A DNA stretch of 63,154 nt, filler included, from Reclinomonas americana ATCC 50394 (taxonomy: Eukaryota), in NCBI GenBank assembly GCA_048213135.1. It is 7 parts of 5 records of this genome, joined end to end, with 100 filler letters (N's around TTAATTAATTAA, not from the genome) between each part and the next. Parts side by side here need not be neighbours in the genome. Positions count along the whole stretch, not along the records: positions 14,071 to 27,102 come from PS015496.1; positions 27,203 to 41,198 come from PS015496.1; 5 more parts are not named here. One strand, given 5' to 3'. Below the pieces are notes generated by a model. It ran no database searches and was not told where the DNA came from. It was given only the letters and a program-made list of their open reading frames with translations. The translations under genes were made by a program, and so were the position numbers. Positions 14,122 through 27,356 of this stretch are shown here, piece by piece (within the stretch, counting starts at the first letter, position 1; the number at the start of each line of letters is the position of its first letter).

Positions 14122-17100
14122 GAGGATGGAACAGACAGAAGAGGACATGAGACGAGAGGGTGGGAGAGAGAGGAGGACGGATGAGAGACAAGAAAGAGAG
14201 AGGAAGAGAGAGATAGAGGGAGAGAGAGGAGGGCGGGTGGGCGAGAGAGAAGGGAGAACGCGAGAGAGAAAACGAGGACGGCGAGACGCAAGAAGGAATG
14301 AGCGAGAGAGTGCAGGGAAGAGAAGTAAGGGAGAGAGAGAGAGGAGTGCAGTTCAAGTTACTCATTATCTCCCCGTCACAGGCACTCGTCAAGTTCCTGC
14401 GCTCGGTGGACTGGAAGAAAGACGACGAGCGACGCGAAGCCGTCTCCATCACCAACGAGTGGATGGCCATTGAAATCGCCGATGCTCTTGAGCTGCTGTC
14501 GCGTGAGTTTTCCGCAAATCAGTTTGTGCGCAAGTATGCCGTGAGCCAGCTGGGATCGACGTCGCCCGAGGTAATACCGTGGTGTCTTCTGGTAGTGAGA
14601 GAAGCAGTAACTGACTTGCGCGCGACAACCAGAACTTGAGTCACTACTTGCTGCCGCTGGTGCAGGCGCTGCGCTACGAGTCCAGTGAGGAGGGCAGTGG
14701 GTTGGATGAGTTTTTGGTGTCGCACACCATTGGCCATCGGGATTTGCTGTCGCAGTTGTACTGGTGAGGGTGAAGGGGAAGGGCGGGTGGGGGAAGGGGG
14801 AAGGGGTGAAGAAGGGGAAGGGAGGAAGAAGGGAGGGAAGGGAGGAAGGGAACGAAAGGAAGAGAGGGAGTGAGGGTGGTTGAGGAGAGGAGAAGTAAGA
14901 GAGGAGGGGAGGAAAGGTTGAATAAGTCAAGGGGAGCGAGGGAGGGAGGGAAGAGATGAAGAGAGGCGGAGTCCATTGAAGGAAGAAAAAGGTGAAAGGC
15001 AGTGAGGGAATGAGGAATCGGGCAAGCAAGGAAGGTTGGGAAGGGAGCAGAGGAACCGAAAGAGAGAAGGAGTGGAAGGTTGGAAGGGAAGGGAGGAAGG
15101 GAGAAGAAAAGAGGAGATAGTTGAGGGCGGGAAGTAGGGTGGAAGTGGGTTGAAAAGACGAAGAGAGGCAGGGTTAATTGGACGAGGAAGGCAGTGAGGG
15201 GACAGGGGGAGGGAAGGATGAAACGATTCTCGTCTTCGCAGCCTGACTGCTTTGTTCACTGATTGTGCTTGTCCATTTTGTCTCTCGGTGTCTTCCTCGC
15301 CGTCTCGCTTGCTTTCTGCTTGCGCACTTTCTCTTGTCATCTTCTCTTGATCGCGCTCTCTCATCTTCGCCTACTTGTTGGTGTTTTCTTCCCTTGTTCC
15401 TTCCTCCTTTCCTTGCTCATGATGCATCCCTGTACAGGTATCTGAAAGTGGAGGCGGAGGATGAATCATCTGCGGGCATTTTCGAGCGCGTGCGATTGCG
15501 ATTGGAGGCCGAATTGCGTCAAGTTGCGTCTCCTGCCACTTGCAGTGACGCATCACTGTGGTGCTTACTTTCCATCCCCCTCGCAGACACCACAAGGCCA
15601 GCAGTCGCTCGACTTGCTGAAGCGACAAGATCGCCTCGTGCAGTTCTTGGACTCGCTGCCGACGTACATTAAGAATTTGAAGGGAGATCGTCCGCGCAAG
15701 ATTCGCCAGTTGCAAGATGACATTCGTGGGGGGAGGCTGGCCATGGATGATTTGTTCAGTGAGTGTGGGGATGGAGGGGAAGGTCAAGGGTCAAGGGCCA
15801 CAGCTGACGAATTGATTGCAGCGCATTCGGGTCGCACGTATGCTTGCACACTTCCGCTGGCTCCTCACATTCCGCTCGTGAGCATCATCCCTGGTGAGTG
15901 GTGACACTTGTCTGCAAGGTGATCGTCTGTGTTGCTGATACGTGGTGCCGCAGACGAGGTGTTCATCTTCAAGAGCGCCAAGCACCCGGTGCGCATCACT
16001 TTCCGCACGCTGGATCGGCAACTGTACTCGGTGAGAATGAGGCGGAAGGGAAGAGTGCAGCAAGAGGCAGGACAGATAAGAGAAATTGACATTGGCATAG
16101 AGAGGTGACTGGCGAATAGTCAAGAGTTAATGAGCAGTGCTTAGGCGAGGGAGTTCTGATGGAGAGCGGAGCGAGGTACTCTCTCACTCTCTCCCCCCCT
16201 CTCACACAGTGTGTGTCTCTCTCTCTGTCTCTTTGCGTGCGTCTCTGTGTGTGTCTTTGTGTGTGTCTGTGTTCCTTGTGTGTCTCTCTCTTTCTCGCTC
16301 TTTTGTCGCTGTCTCTTTCTCACCCTTGCCCCTACCCTCTCTCATTTGTGTTCGAAAGCGCCTGTTTTGCACTGACCTTAAATGCTCCCGTCTGATCCCC
16401 ACACTCACTGCCCCCTGTGCCCCCTCCAGGTAATGTACAAATCCAACGACGACCTCCGGCAGGACCAGCTGGTGATCCAGATGGTCCGCTTCATGGATCG
16501 CGAGCTGGTGCGCAACGGGCTCGATCTCAAGCTCACCCCATACCCGGTGCTGGCCACTGGATGGCAAGCTGGTGCGCGCGCGCGCGTAGAAATGCCTCGG
16601 TATTCTCCTTCCCCCTCTTGTTGACGACTGAGTTTTGCTTTTCCTATGTAGGCATTGTCGAGTTGGTGAGCAACGTGTCGTCGCTGACAGACATTCTCGA
16701 CAACTACGGCAAGGACATCAAGCGCTTCCTCCGCGAGCACAACCCCGATCCGGTGGCTCCGTACGGCATCAAGAAGGAGGCGATGGACAATTTTGTGCGC
16801 AGCTGTGGTGAGTGTCGTGTTGTGTGGAGAAGCATGAGCGCGTCTGTGGCGTACTCACTGCGCGCAGCTGGCTACTGTGTCATTACCCACATCTTGGGTG
16901 TGGGCGATCGGCACATGGAGAACCTTTTGATGACCAACGATGGTGAGTGGGTGATTTGGAGCCGGCGCGGCGTGTAATCTACTCACGTTCTTGGTGTGTT
17001 TATTTTTGGCAGGCAAACTCTTCCACATTGGTTTGTGGTTGTGGTGATGGCGTCTCTGTGGAATTTGTCACTCACCCTGTTTTTGCAGACTTTGGCTTCA

Positions 17101-17402
17101 TCTTTGGCGAAGATCCCAAGCCGTATCCACCACCCATGAAGATCACTAGGGAAATGGTGGAGGGCATGGGTGGCAAGGATAGGTGAGTGTCAATTTGGCG
17201 TGGTATGTGAATGCGACAGAGACTCATGTGCGGTGTGTCGACAGTGCCGAGTATATGAATTTCAAGGCCATGTGTGGCGAGGTGAGCGATGGGGAAGGAA
17301 GGGGAAGGGAGAAGGGGGAAGGGGAAGGGGAAGGGGAAGGGGAAGGGGAGGGGGAAGGGAGAGGTTTGCTGGGAGAAGGGAATAGAGAGGGTGGATAATG
17401 AG

Positions 17403-17439
<37 letters not shown>

Positions 17440-18738
17440 GAGGAGCGAAGGAAGGAAAGAGAGAAAGCGGCNNNNNNNNNNNNNNNNNNNNNNNNNNNNN
17501 NNNNNNNNNNNNNNNNNNNNNNNNNNNNNNNNNNNNNNNNNNNNNNNNNNNNNNNNNNNNNNNNNNNNNNNNNNNNNNNNNNNNNNNNNNNNNNNNNNNN
17601 NNNNNNNNNNNNNNNNNNNNNNNNNNNNNNNNNNNNNNNNNNNNNNNNNNNNNNNNNNNNNNNNNNNNNNNNNNNNNNNNNNNNNNNNNNNNNNNNNNNN
17701 NNNNNNNNNNNNNNNNNNNNNNNNNNNNNNNNNNNNNNNNNNNNNNNNNNNNNNNNNNNNNNNNNNNNNNNNNNNNNNNNNNNNNNNNNNNNNNNNNNNN
17801 NNNNNNNNNNNNNNNNNNNNNNNNNNNNNNNNNNNNNNNNNNNNNNNNNNNNNNNNNNNNNNNNNNNNNNNNNNNNNNNNNNNNNNNNNNNNNNNNNNNN
17901 NNNNNNNNNNNNNNNNNNNNNNNNNNNNNNNNNNNNNNNNNNNNNNNNNNNNNNNNNNNNNNNNNNNNNNNNNNNNNNNNNNNNNNNNNNNNNNNNNNNN
18001 NNNNNNNNNNNNNNNNNNNNNNNNNNNNNNNNNNNNNNNNNNNNNNNNNNNNNNNNNNNNNNNNNNNNNNNNNNNNNNNNNNNNNNNNNNNNNNNNNNNN
18101 NNNNNNNNNNNNNNNNNNNNNNNNNNNNNNNNNNNNNNNNNNNNNNNNNNNNNNNNNNNNNNNNNNNNNNNNNNNNNNNNNNNNNNNNNNNNNNNNNNNN
18201 NNNNNNNNNNNNNNNNNNNNNNNNNNNNNNNNNNNNNNNNNNNNNNNNNNNNNNNNNNNNNNNNNNNNNNNNNNNNNNNNNNNNNNNNNNNNNNNNNNNN
18301 NNNNNNNNNNNNNNNNNNNNNNGGTGTGTTTCTCGCACTTTTTTGATACTCCTGTTGGTTCAACACACCGTGAGATACCAGGGAGATGAGTGCATAATTC
18401 TTCTCTTGTGATTCTCGATCGCCTTCGTTTCTTTCCTCACTCATGGCAATTCTTTCATCCGTGTCTTTGTGAGAAGTGATCTTCTGTACTGAGAAGAAGG
18501 ATTAGTTTGGGTATCTCTACAATAGCTTGACTCCACGCACCACAATCGTTGCTTCATTCGCGCCCTTCCCTTTCTCACCCACCCTCTCAACCCACAGGCC
18601 TTCAACATCCTCCGCCACAAATCCAACCTCATCATGAACCTGTTGCTGCTGATGGCCGACGCACACATCAAGGATCTCGGTGGTGGTGATGGTGGAAAGA
18701 AGAGTGATCCGATTCAGAACCTCCTGAAGGTGAGGCAC

Positions 18739-18783
<45 letters not shown>

Positions 18784-19586
18784 AGAGGAGAAGGAGGGAG
18801 GGAGAGACAGAAGCACTGAGAGATAGAGAGGGTAAGAGACAGACAGACAGACAGACAGACAGAGAGAGAGAGAGAGACAGAGATAGAGAGAGAGAGANNN
18901 NNNNNNNNNNNNNNNNNNNNNNNNNNNNNNNNNNNNNNNNNNNNNNNNNNNNNNNNNNNNNNNNNNNNNNNNNNNNNNNNNNNNNNNNNNNNNNNNNNNN
19001 NNNNNNNNNNNNNNNNNNNNNNNNNNNNNNNNNNNNNNNNNNNNNNNNNNNNNNNNACAGAGATAGATAGAGAGAGAGAGAGAGACAGAGCCACAGGGAG
19101 GCAGATAGACAGACAGACAGAGACAGGCAGACAGAGGACAAGGGGGCAAGAGACACAGGAACACTTAGAGGCTGAGCGATTGCATACATACCCAGAAAGA
19201 CAGACAGGCAGACAGAGGACAGGGGGGCAAGAGACACTGGAGCACTGAGAGGCAGAGTGATTGCATACAGATACCCAGAAAGACACACAGGCAGACAGAG
19301 AGAGACAAAGAGAGACAGAGTGACCAAGACACGGAGAGACAGAGCCACAGAAAGGCAGAAAACTGAGCGATAGAGAGACAGAGAGAAGACGGAAGGTGCA
19401 AGAACTTGACCAAAAAGTCTCGCACGCCACTCACTCTATCTGCAGGTTCAAGAGAAATTCCGCATGGATCTGACCGACGCCGAGGCCATTGTGCACTTCC
19501 AAAACTTGATTCAGGAGAGCGTGCAGGCGCTGTTTGCTCGCATTGCTGATGTGGTGCACAAGTTCGCCATGTATTGGAGGAGCTGA
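13298..19586 (+). CDS. VPS34: Class III phosphatidylinositol 3-kinase Vps34, multi-exon, incomplete because of gaps
   Basis: C2 start [24 protein letters not shown]; helical domain [31 protein letters not shown]; kinase [70 protein letters not shown]-terminus HKFAMYWRS*. Confidence 0.97.
19100..19300. repeat. About 80-bp tandem repeat (2-3 copies) in the last Vps34 intron
   Basis: agacaggcagacagaggaca.gggggcaagagacac...gattgcataca.atacccagaaagac starts at about 19121 and 19202. Confidence 0.75.
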
Positions 19587-20087
19587 GGCGCGCAATGAAG
19601 TGTCCTGCGTGTGCAACAGTGGAATGAGCAAGGGAGAAGCTGCATTCCGTGGGTGAAGCATCTGCAGTTGCTCACCGACACGAGGAGCATTGCACAGTTT
19701 CTGCGCGATTGCTTTCTTCCACACATGCTTCCTTTCTCTTTCATTAACACCACACAGCCTCTGTGCATACTGCCTTGCATGATTCTCGCGGTGGTCGTCA
19801 CCTGCCAGCCTCCAGACAATGTTATTCCCACGCCTTCTGCCCACTCATCCATTCGTCGATAACACACTGCAGCTGCCCGTTCTGTCATCAATTGCCTCGT
19901 CGGCCAGCACTCCAGTTCCCACTTTTCCTTTCCCTTTCACTCCCCCTTCCTCACTCCCCTTTGCTGACAATACACTGGGCTGTACATTCTGTTATTCATG
20001 CTACTCGTGGCGGCCGTCACGCCACAAAAAAACACATTGATTGCTTCTTTTTCCCTCCTCTCTACAACACCATCTACAACACCCTCC

Positions 20088-23000
20088 TCAGCTGCCGCAC
20101 ATGAGGCAGCCGGCCTGACGCGTGCAAAAACTGGCACCGCTGCCACTCGCGCCATCCTCATCCTCGCCATCCATGTCCTCGTCGTCGTCGTCGCCGCCAG
20201 CCCGCCTTCGGTCAATCGGGCTGCCGCTGGCGTCACGCTCCGCGTCCACCTCATTGACGGTGGTCACCACCACCGATGCGGGCGCCACCGAGGCCACCGC
20301 CGCCGTGGTCTGTGTCAGCACCGCCGGATCGAGAGTGAACTTGATGGCGTCGGCCGCCGGCTTGGTGCGCAGGTAGTACATGCCGGTCTTGAGGCCGGCC
20401 TTCCACGCGTAAAAGTGCATCGAGGTCAGCTTGGCCGGTGTCGGCTCGGCCATGAACACATTGAAACTGGAGAGGAGGAGGAGGAGGAGGAGGGTGAGAT
20501 GTGGATGCGCAAGCAGGAAGAAGGAGGCACGATTCAAGCACACAAACCTCTGGCTCTGGTCAATAAAGGCACCGCGGTCGGCCGCCATGTCGATCATGGC
20601 GCGCTGCTTGATCTCCCACGTGGTCTTGTAGAGCTCCTTGAGGTCGGCGGGGATTTCGGCAATGTCTTGCACGCTGCCATTGTTGGCGATCAGTTTTTGA
20701 ATCAGGGCGGGTGTCCACAGGCCGAGGTCGCTGAGGTCGGCCACCTTGCATGGGAAAGAAGGTGAGCGCGCAATCGAGAATTACGTTCTCAACTACAACA
20801 CTCACCAAGTGGTGATTGACGACGGGGAACTCGCCGGCCAGCACGCGCCGTTGGTAAATATTGGAGGTGTACGGCTCAATGCACTCGTTGTTGCCGAGGA
20901 TTTGCGAGGTGGAGGCCGTGGGCATGGGGGCCACCAGCAGGCTGTTGCGCACACCGTGCTGGGCAATGCGTGCTCGCAGCGCGCACCAGTCCCACCGGTC
21001 GCTCGGTACCGCGTCCCACATGTCGAACTGGAGGATGCCCTTGCTGACGGGTGAGCCCGGGTACGTCTCGTAGACGCCGTCCTGTATGCTCTTCAAGGTG
21101 AGTAACAATCAAGAAATAATCGCCCCTTGGTGTGAAAAGAAGGACTCACCCTCTCGGCCAGATCGCACGACGTCGACAGCGACGCAAAGTAAATGGTCTC
21201 GAAAATGTCGCGGTTGACCTGGCGGGCGGCGGGCGAATCGAACGGCATGCGCATCTTGATAAAGACGTCGGCGAGGCCCTGCACTCCGATGCCGATGGGG
21301 CGGTGGCGGAGGTTGGAGCGGCGGGCTTCGGGGACGGGGTAGTAGTTGATGTCGATGATTTTGTTGAGGTTGCGGGTGACCACTTGGGTGATCTGAAAAA
21401 AGGGGAAGGGTGGTGAGGGGAAGGGGAAGAGGGGGAAGGGGGAGAAGGAGAAGGGAAGGAGAGAGGAGAATAGAGAAAGGAAAATGAGAAAGGAGGGAGC
21501 AGAAGACTGAGTCACTCTTGCTGTTTGAAGGACTCCGGAGGGAGAGTGTGCATGCTTTTCTTTCTTTCTTTGTTTCTAACAAAGGATGGGAGACAGTGAG
21601 TGGTAGACTGAGTCATTCGCAGATTGCACGTCTTTTCTTCTCAAGAGGGGGGTGCAGAAAAAAGTGTGCATGTTTCTCTGTCTTTCTGTAAAAGAATTGG
21701 AGACAGTGTGCAGAGGACTGAGTCACTCTTGCAGTGTGCATTTCTTCTCTCTCAGGACGAGTGTGTAGTGCAGGCTTCTCTTTCTCTATCAAAGAATAAG
21801 AGACAGTAAGCAGTAGATTGAGTCACTCTTGCACGTCTTCTCTTTCTCACACAAGGGAGGGTAGCAGATTAAAGTACGCAAACCTCTCCTTTCTATCAAA
21901 GAATTGGAGACGGTGAGCAGAGGACTGAAACAGTCTTGCTGCTTGCACATCCTCTGCAAGAATGAAAGAGGAGTGCATCCCTCTCTCTCTCTCTCACTTC
22001 AGCAAATGAATTATACAGCGTTACGCAGAGCCTACTTCTGTGGGAAGAAAGTTTCCTGAATGATTCGCTATTATCTTTGTATCTTTCTCTCAGAAAGCAA
22101 GCCAAGAGTGCTCGCCTCTTTCTCACTCACTGAAAGGAATGGAGCCAGAGTTGTCAGCGTGTTTTCATGCTCGGCAGGGAGAGTGCATGATTCTTTTCTC
22201 TGTCAACGTGGGACAGCGAAAAGACGAGTTGTCGGAAGGAAGCAGGGAAAGAAACACAGACAAAGAAGGCGCAATATGCGACGAGGGACTGTTTCTCTTC
22301 TTCTCCTTTGCCTTCTCTTGACCGAGAACCATGCAGATGCAAGCGAACCCATCACAACACGCAACTTCAAACAACAGCTGATGGTCAAACTGGCCATCGG
22401 CGGTGACGAATCGCGGCAGCGCAATGGACGCCAGGTTGCACACGGCGACTTCGTCGGCTGACGAGTACTCCATGATCTCGGTGCACAGATTGGAGGAGCG
22501 AATGGTGCCGAGGTTCTGCTGGTTGGACTTGCGGTTGCAGGAGTCCTGCGAGGTGGGGAAAGGAGGTTGGGTAAGGGAATGCACAACAGGAAGGAGTATT
22601 CTTGTGCTCTACATCTCCTGTTCCTCTTCAATCGCGCACACCGCTTTGCCCTTCAAAGATCCTCTTCGTTTCTCGCTCTATTGCACTCTTTTTTTTACCG
22701 TCAACCACTCTTTCATCAATCGTGCAAGTGCTTTTCTCTCGCGTCCCAACACTACACAATCCATCGTTTCAGTTTTCTCCTACCCTTTTTCTCTCACTCT
22801 CTCAGTCTCTCTCTCTCGCGCTCTCTCTCTCTCTCCTTCTTTCTCTCTCTCTCTCTCTCCTTCTTTCTCGCCCTCTCTCTCCCTCCCTCCCTCCTCTCTC
22901 TCTCTTTCTCTCTCTCTCTTTTCCCTCCCTCTCCCTTCTCCTCTCTCCCACGCACCTTGTACAACATGTACGGTGTGCCGGTCTCCACCTGCGACTCGAG

Positions 23001-26000
23001 AATGGCAAACCACAACTCCTGCGCCTTGACGGTGCGCATGGCTCGCCCCTCCTCCTCGTAGCGGTGATACAGGTCCTCGAATTCCTGCGAGAGAGGGCAG
23101 TGAGCAACCAAGCACCCAAACTGCAAGATAATGCTCACAAGCACCGCACCTTGCCCCACACGTCGTAGAGTCCGGGTGCCTCGTTCGGGCAGAACAGCGA
23201 CCAGGTGCCGTTCGACTCCACGCGCTTCATGAACAGGTCCGGGATCCACAGGGCGTAGAAGAGGTCGCGTGCGCGGTTCTCCTCCTTGCCGGTGTTCTTC
23301 TTCAGTTGCAGGAACTCGAAAATATCGGCGTGCCACGGTTCGAGGTAGATGGCGAAGGCGCCCTTGCGCTTGCCACCGCCTGGAGAGGGGAAGGGGGGTT
23401 GAGCAAAATAAAGGAAGGGTGACAATGGAAAGGGCAGTGAGGGAGGGAGAGGGAGAGGGAGAGGAGGAGAGGGAGAGAGAGAGAGGGAAAAGGGAGAGGG
23501 CGAGGAAAAGGAAAGAAAGACAGAAAGAAAGTAAGTAAGAAAGAAGGAAAGAGAAGGAAAGAAAGAGACAGAGAGAAAGAAAGAAGGAAGGAGAGAGAAA
23601 GAAAGAAGAAAGAGAAAAAAGGAAGAAAGAAAGAAAGAAAGAAAGAAAGATAAAGAGCGAAAGACAGAGAAAGAGCGAAGGAAAGAGAAACCGAAAGAGA
23701 GAGAGAAAGAAAGTGGGAGAAAAGGTGGGCGACATTGAGAGCAACAGGACGACGAAAAGAGAGAGAGAGAGCAAGAGGAAAGAACAGAGAAGCAGTAGAC
23801 AACCTGAGCAAATCATGTGAAAGCAATGTCAAGAAGAGAGGAAACCAAGAAGAAATGAGAGAGAGAATGGCAGTGAGAGAAAACAGGAGTTGGAAAAACT
23901 GTAAAGTTTTAAGGAGGAGAGATGACCGGCGAATATTGACAGCGAGGAAGACTAAAGGACAGCTGGTCTCGCCCTTTTCCATCCTTCCCCTTCCCCTTCC
24001 TTCCCCTTTCTCCTCACATCTCACCTTGATCGACATACCGCGCCGTGTCATTGAACACACGCAGCATGGGCACGAGACCATTGGAGCTGCCGTTGGTGCC
24101 GGCAATGTACGAGCCAGCCGCGCGAATGTTATGCACACTGAGGCCGATGCCGCCGGCACTCTTGGAGATTTGTGCACACCGCTTGAGGGTGTCGTAGATG
24201 CCGTCGATGCTGTCGTCGGTCATTGACACGAGGAAGCACGAGGAGAGTTGAGGGTGCGGTGTGCCAGAGTTGAACTGGGAGGGGGGCGGGGAGAGGAGAA
24301 TGAGCGAGTGCAACAAAAAAGGAAAAAAAAGAGAGAAGAAACAAGACGCAACAAGGGTGGGCGAGGCGTGCGTGAAATACTTGCTCGACATCAAGTCGTA
24401 CGTCTCCAGTGCCGCATCGAGGTCGGGCATGTGGATGCCGAGGGCCACGCGCATGAACAGGTGCTGCGGGCGCTCGGCGACCTTGTTGTGCACTCGCAGG
24501 AGGTACGAGCTGGGAGACGAGTGAGAAGCGGCAGAAAAAAAGCAGACACTTGTGCGTCACTTTCGGCTCACCGCTCCAGGGTCTTGAAGCCAAAGTAGTC
24601 GAACTGGAAGTCGCGGGTGTGGTCGACGGCGGCGTCAATCACCTCGCGGTGCTTCTCGACCATGCGCAGGAGGTCTTCGGAGACGAGAGGGGCGGGGGTG
24701 CCATTGCGCGGGTTGTGGTAGGCGGCGAACTGGCGAATGACGGTGGAGAAGACGGGCTCGGTTTGTGCGTGGAGGGCGGCGACGGCCAGGCGACCGGCGA
24801 GTTGCGAGTAGTCGGGGTGGCGGCAGGCGAGGTATGCGGCGGTTTCGCAGAGGAGTTGCTGCGCAGAGGGGGAAGGGGGATGAGAGGGGGAGAAGGGGGG
24901 GAAGGGGGAGGAAAAGGGAGAAGGGGAAGGAGAATAGAAAAAGAGGGGAGGCAAGATGACAAAGAAAGAAGGAAAAGAGGGGAGGGAACACAATGAGAAA
25001 TCAGATAGGACATGAGGAGGGGAGAGGAAGATGGCGCAAAGTAGTTTGTAACGCGAGAAGGACGCCGAATTGAAGTGAGAGAGAGTCAAAGAAATATGGG
25101 CAGCAAGGAGAACGAAGAGGACAGCAAATGTGAAAGAGAGCAGGGGGAAGGAGTGTGCAAATTTGGACGAGGAGTGGATGTTGTGCAAATGTGAGATTAA
25201 GGTGGCAAGGCCGCAGAGAGGGAACATCAAGAAGACGAAAGGAATACAGAAAGCAAGAGAGGAGGACAAGTAAAAGCATGAAGACTTGCAGGAAAGGGTG
25301 AAATTGAAGTAAAAAAGCAAAGTACGAAAGGAGAGTGCAATGAAGGAGGCAGGAGCGAAGAGTATCTGATGCGAGAGAAGTAAACAGGCAGCAGTGCATT
25401 CGAGGAACACAGTGAAGCACAAAAGAGTAAAAGGAGGCGTTCTAAGTACGCAGCAGGACTGCAGCGAAAAGTAAACAGGCACGTGGAATTCGAGGCAAAC
25501 CATGAAAGTGAAGCAAAGAATGCAGACAGTGAGCAACGCGTATGCAGCAGGACTGCAGCGAAAAGTAAACAGGCACGTGGAATTCGAGGCAAACCATGAA
25601 AGTGAAGCAAAGAATGCAGACAGTGAGCAACGCGTATGCAGCAGGACTGCAGCGAGAAGCAAACAGGCAGGTGGAATTCGAGGAACACTGAAAATGAAGC
25701 ACAAAAGAGTAAAAGGAGGCGTGCTAAGTACGCATCAGGACTGCAGCGAAAAGTAAACAGGCAGGTGCAATTTGAGGCAAACATGAAAGTGAAGCGAAGA
25801 GTGCACAGAATGAGCAACAAGTGTGCAGCAGGACTGCAGCGAGAAGTAAACAGGCACGTGGAATTCGAGGCAAACCATGAAAGTGCACTTCGGAGTTGTG
25901 AAGCGGAAAGAAGAAGCCAGACAGGCAACAACTGAAAGTGTCCGACTGCATGAAAAAGCTCCAACTGATGCGCAGCACCGCACAACAGAATGAAGGGGAA

Positions 26001-26550
26001 TCCACACAAAGACAACACACACAGGCAACCTCTCTCTCACACACAACGAGAAGCACACACACAACGCAGATAAAACCAAAAAGGGCCCTCCGAACACTCA
26101 CACAGACAAGACACACTTGCTCTTTCTTTTTCGTGTCACGCGAGAGAGCACAACACACGCGAAACGACACTCAATCGCCCCAACTGCAACAGATAATGAT
26201 GATGATGATAGAAACAAAAAAGCGCGCGGAAATCGGGGCGAGGGGGTTTGCCGCGGCGATCACACACTCGCACAACACACACACACACACTCAACTTCCA
26301 AGTCTCCCGCCGTCATGCCCGCATGCGCGCCCGCCAGTGCCTTATCGACGACCAGCGCCGGATCGACAAAGCGCACGTCGAGGCCGGTGGTGAGCGCCGT
26401 CACGCGCTGCAGCAGTGACTCACGATCGACAATGACGGTGGTGGTGGTTGCGGGCGTGGGCGCAGTGGTGGTCTTCTCCACGGCGATGCTCACGGCCTTG
26501 TCAATGACGCCAGTGGGCATGTCGGAGGCGCCAAAGAGAGTCGAGGCCAT
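20088..26550 (-). CDS. RRM1: Ribonucleoside-diphosphate reductase large subunit (class Ia R1), multi-exon
   Basis: [114 protein letters not shown], terminal CLMCGS*. Confidence 0.98.
21500..21960. repeat. Degenerate 100-110-bp tandem repeat (about 5 copies) in an RRM1 intron
   Basis: Core (g/t)agactgagtcactcttgc at about 21503, 21604, 21713, 21813 and 21920, with aaagaattggagacagtg-like text preceding the later copies. Confidence 0.75.
25370..25885. repeat. About 94-bp tandem repeat (5-6 copies, two unit types) in RRM1 intron 1
   Basis: cagcaggactgcagcgaaaagtaaacaggcacgtggaattcgagg at 25451, 25545, 25639, about 25733 and about 25826. Confidence 0.9.
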
Positions 26551-26778
26551 CTTGGCGTCAAAGAGAGAGAGAGTGGGCGACGACGAGACGAGATGAGATG
26601 AGACGACAGAGAGTGTGTAGAGTGGGTTTGCTGTGCGGTTGGCGCGCAAGTTTTGTGTGAAAAAGTGACGGTTGCGTTCCGCGGGGTCGGTGATTGGGCG
26701 TGGAGGGTTTGTCATGGACAAAAGCATGCTTGTTCGCGCGGGAATAGAAACGACTAGTTGCCCTGATTGGTTGTTGTG
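26551..26778. promoter_or_regulatory. Compact bidirectional promoter between RRM1 and the P-loop kinase, with E2F-like and CCAAT-like motifs
   Basis: Divergent ATGs at 26550 (-) and 26779 (+); TTGGCGCGCAA 26639-26649, TTCGCGCGGGAA 26733-26744, ATTGG at 26693 and 26766. Confidence 0.55.
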
Positions 26779-26931
26779 ATGGAGGAGGAATACGAGGCGT
26801 TGGCGCGGGTGCTGGTGGGTCTGTTGCGGGAGGAGGAGGAGGCGGGTGGGGAGGAAGGGTGGTGAGTGTGGAGAGAAGGGAAAGGGGGAGGAGTTATGCA
26901 TTCAAGTGATTTTCCAGGGCCAGAATGCAAC

Positions 26932-26973
<42 letters not shown>

Positions 26974-27280
26974 GAGGGAGGGGAGGGGAGGGGGAGGGGA
27001 GGGGAGGTGTGTGTCGGTGTCGTACGGACCGGACGGACGGAGTAGTACGTACGACGACGAGAAGGAACGACGAAGAGACGTGTAGACGTCGACGACGACG
27101 ACNNNNNNNNNNNNNNNNNNNNNNNNNNNNNNNNNNNNNNNNNNNNTTAATTAATTAANNNNNNNNNNNNNNNNNNNNNNNNNNNNNNNNNNNNNNNNNN
27201 NNGGAGGGTACGGGTAGGGTAGGTAGGTAGGTAGTAGTACGAGTAGTAGTCGTGTACGTACGACGGTACGTACGTACGTA

Positions 27281-27356
<76 letters not shown>

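Noticed and set aside
25370..25885. CRISPR-like constant-plus-variable array
   Set aside because: The variable parts recur, the array lies in a spliceosomal intron, and no cas genes are present
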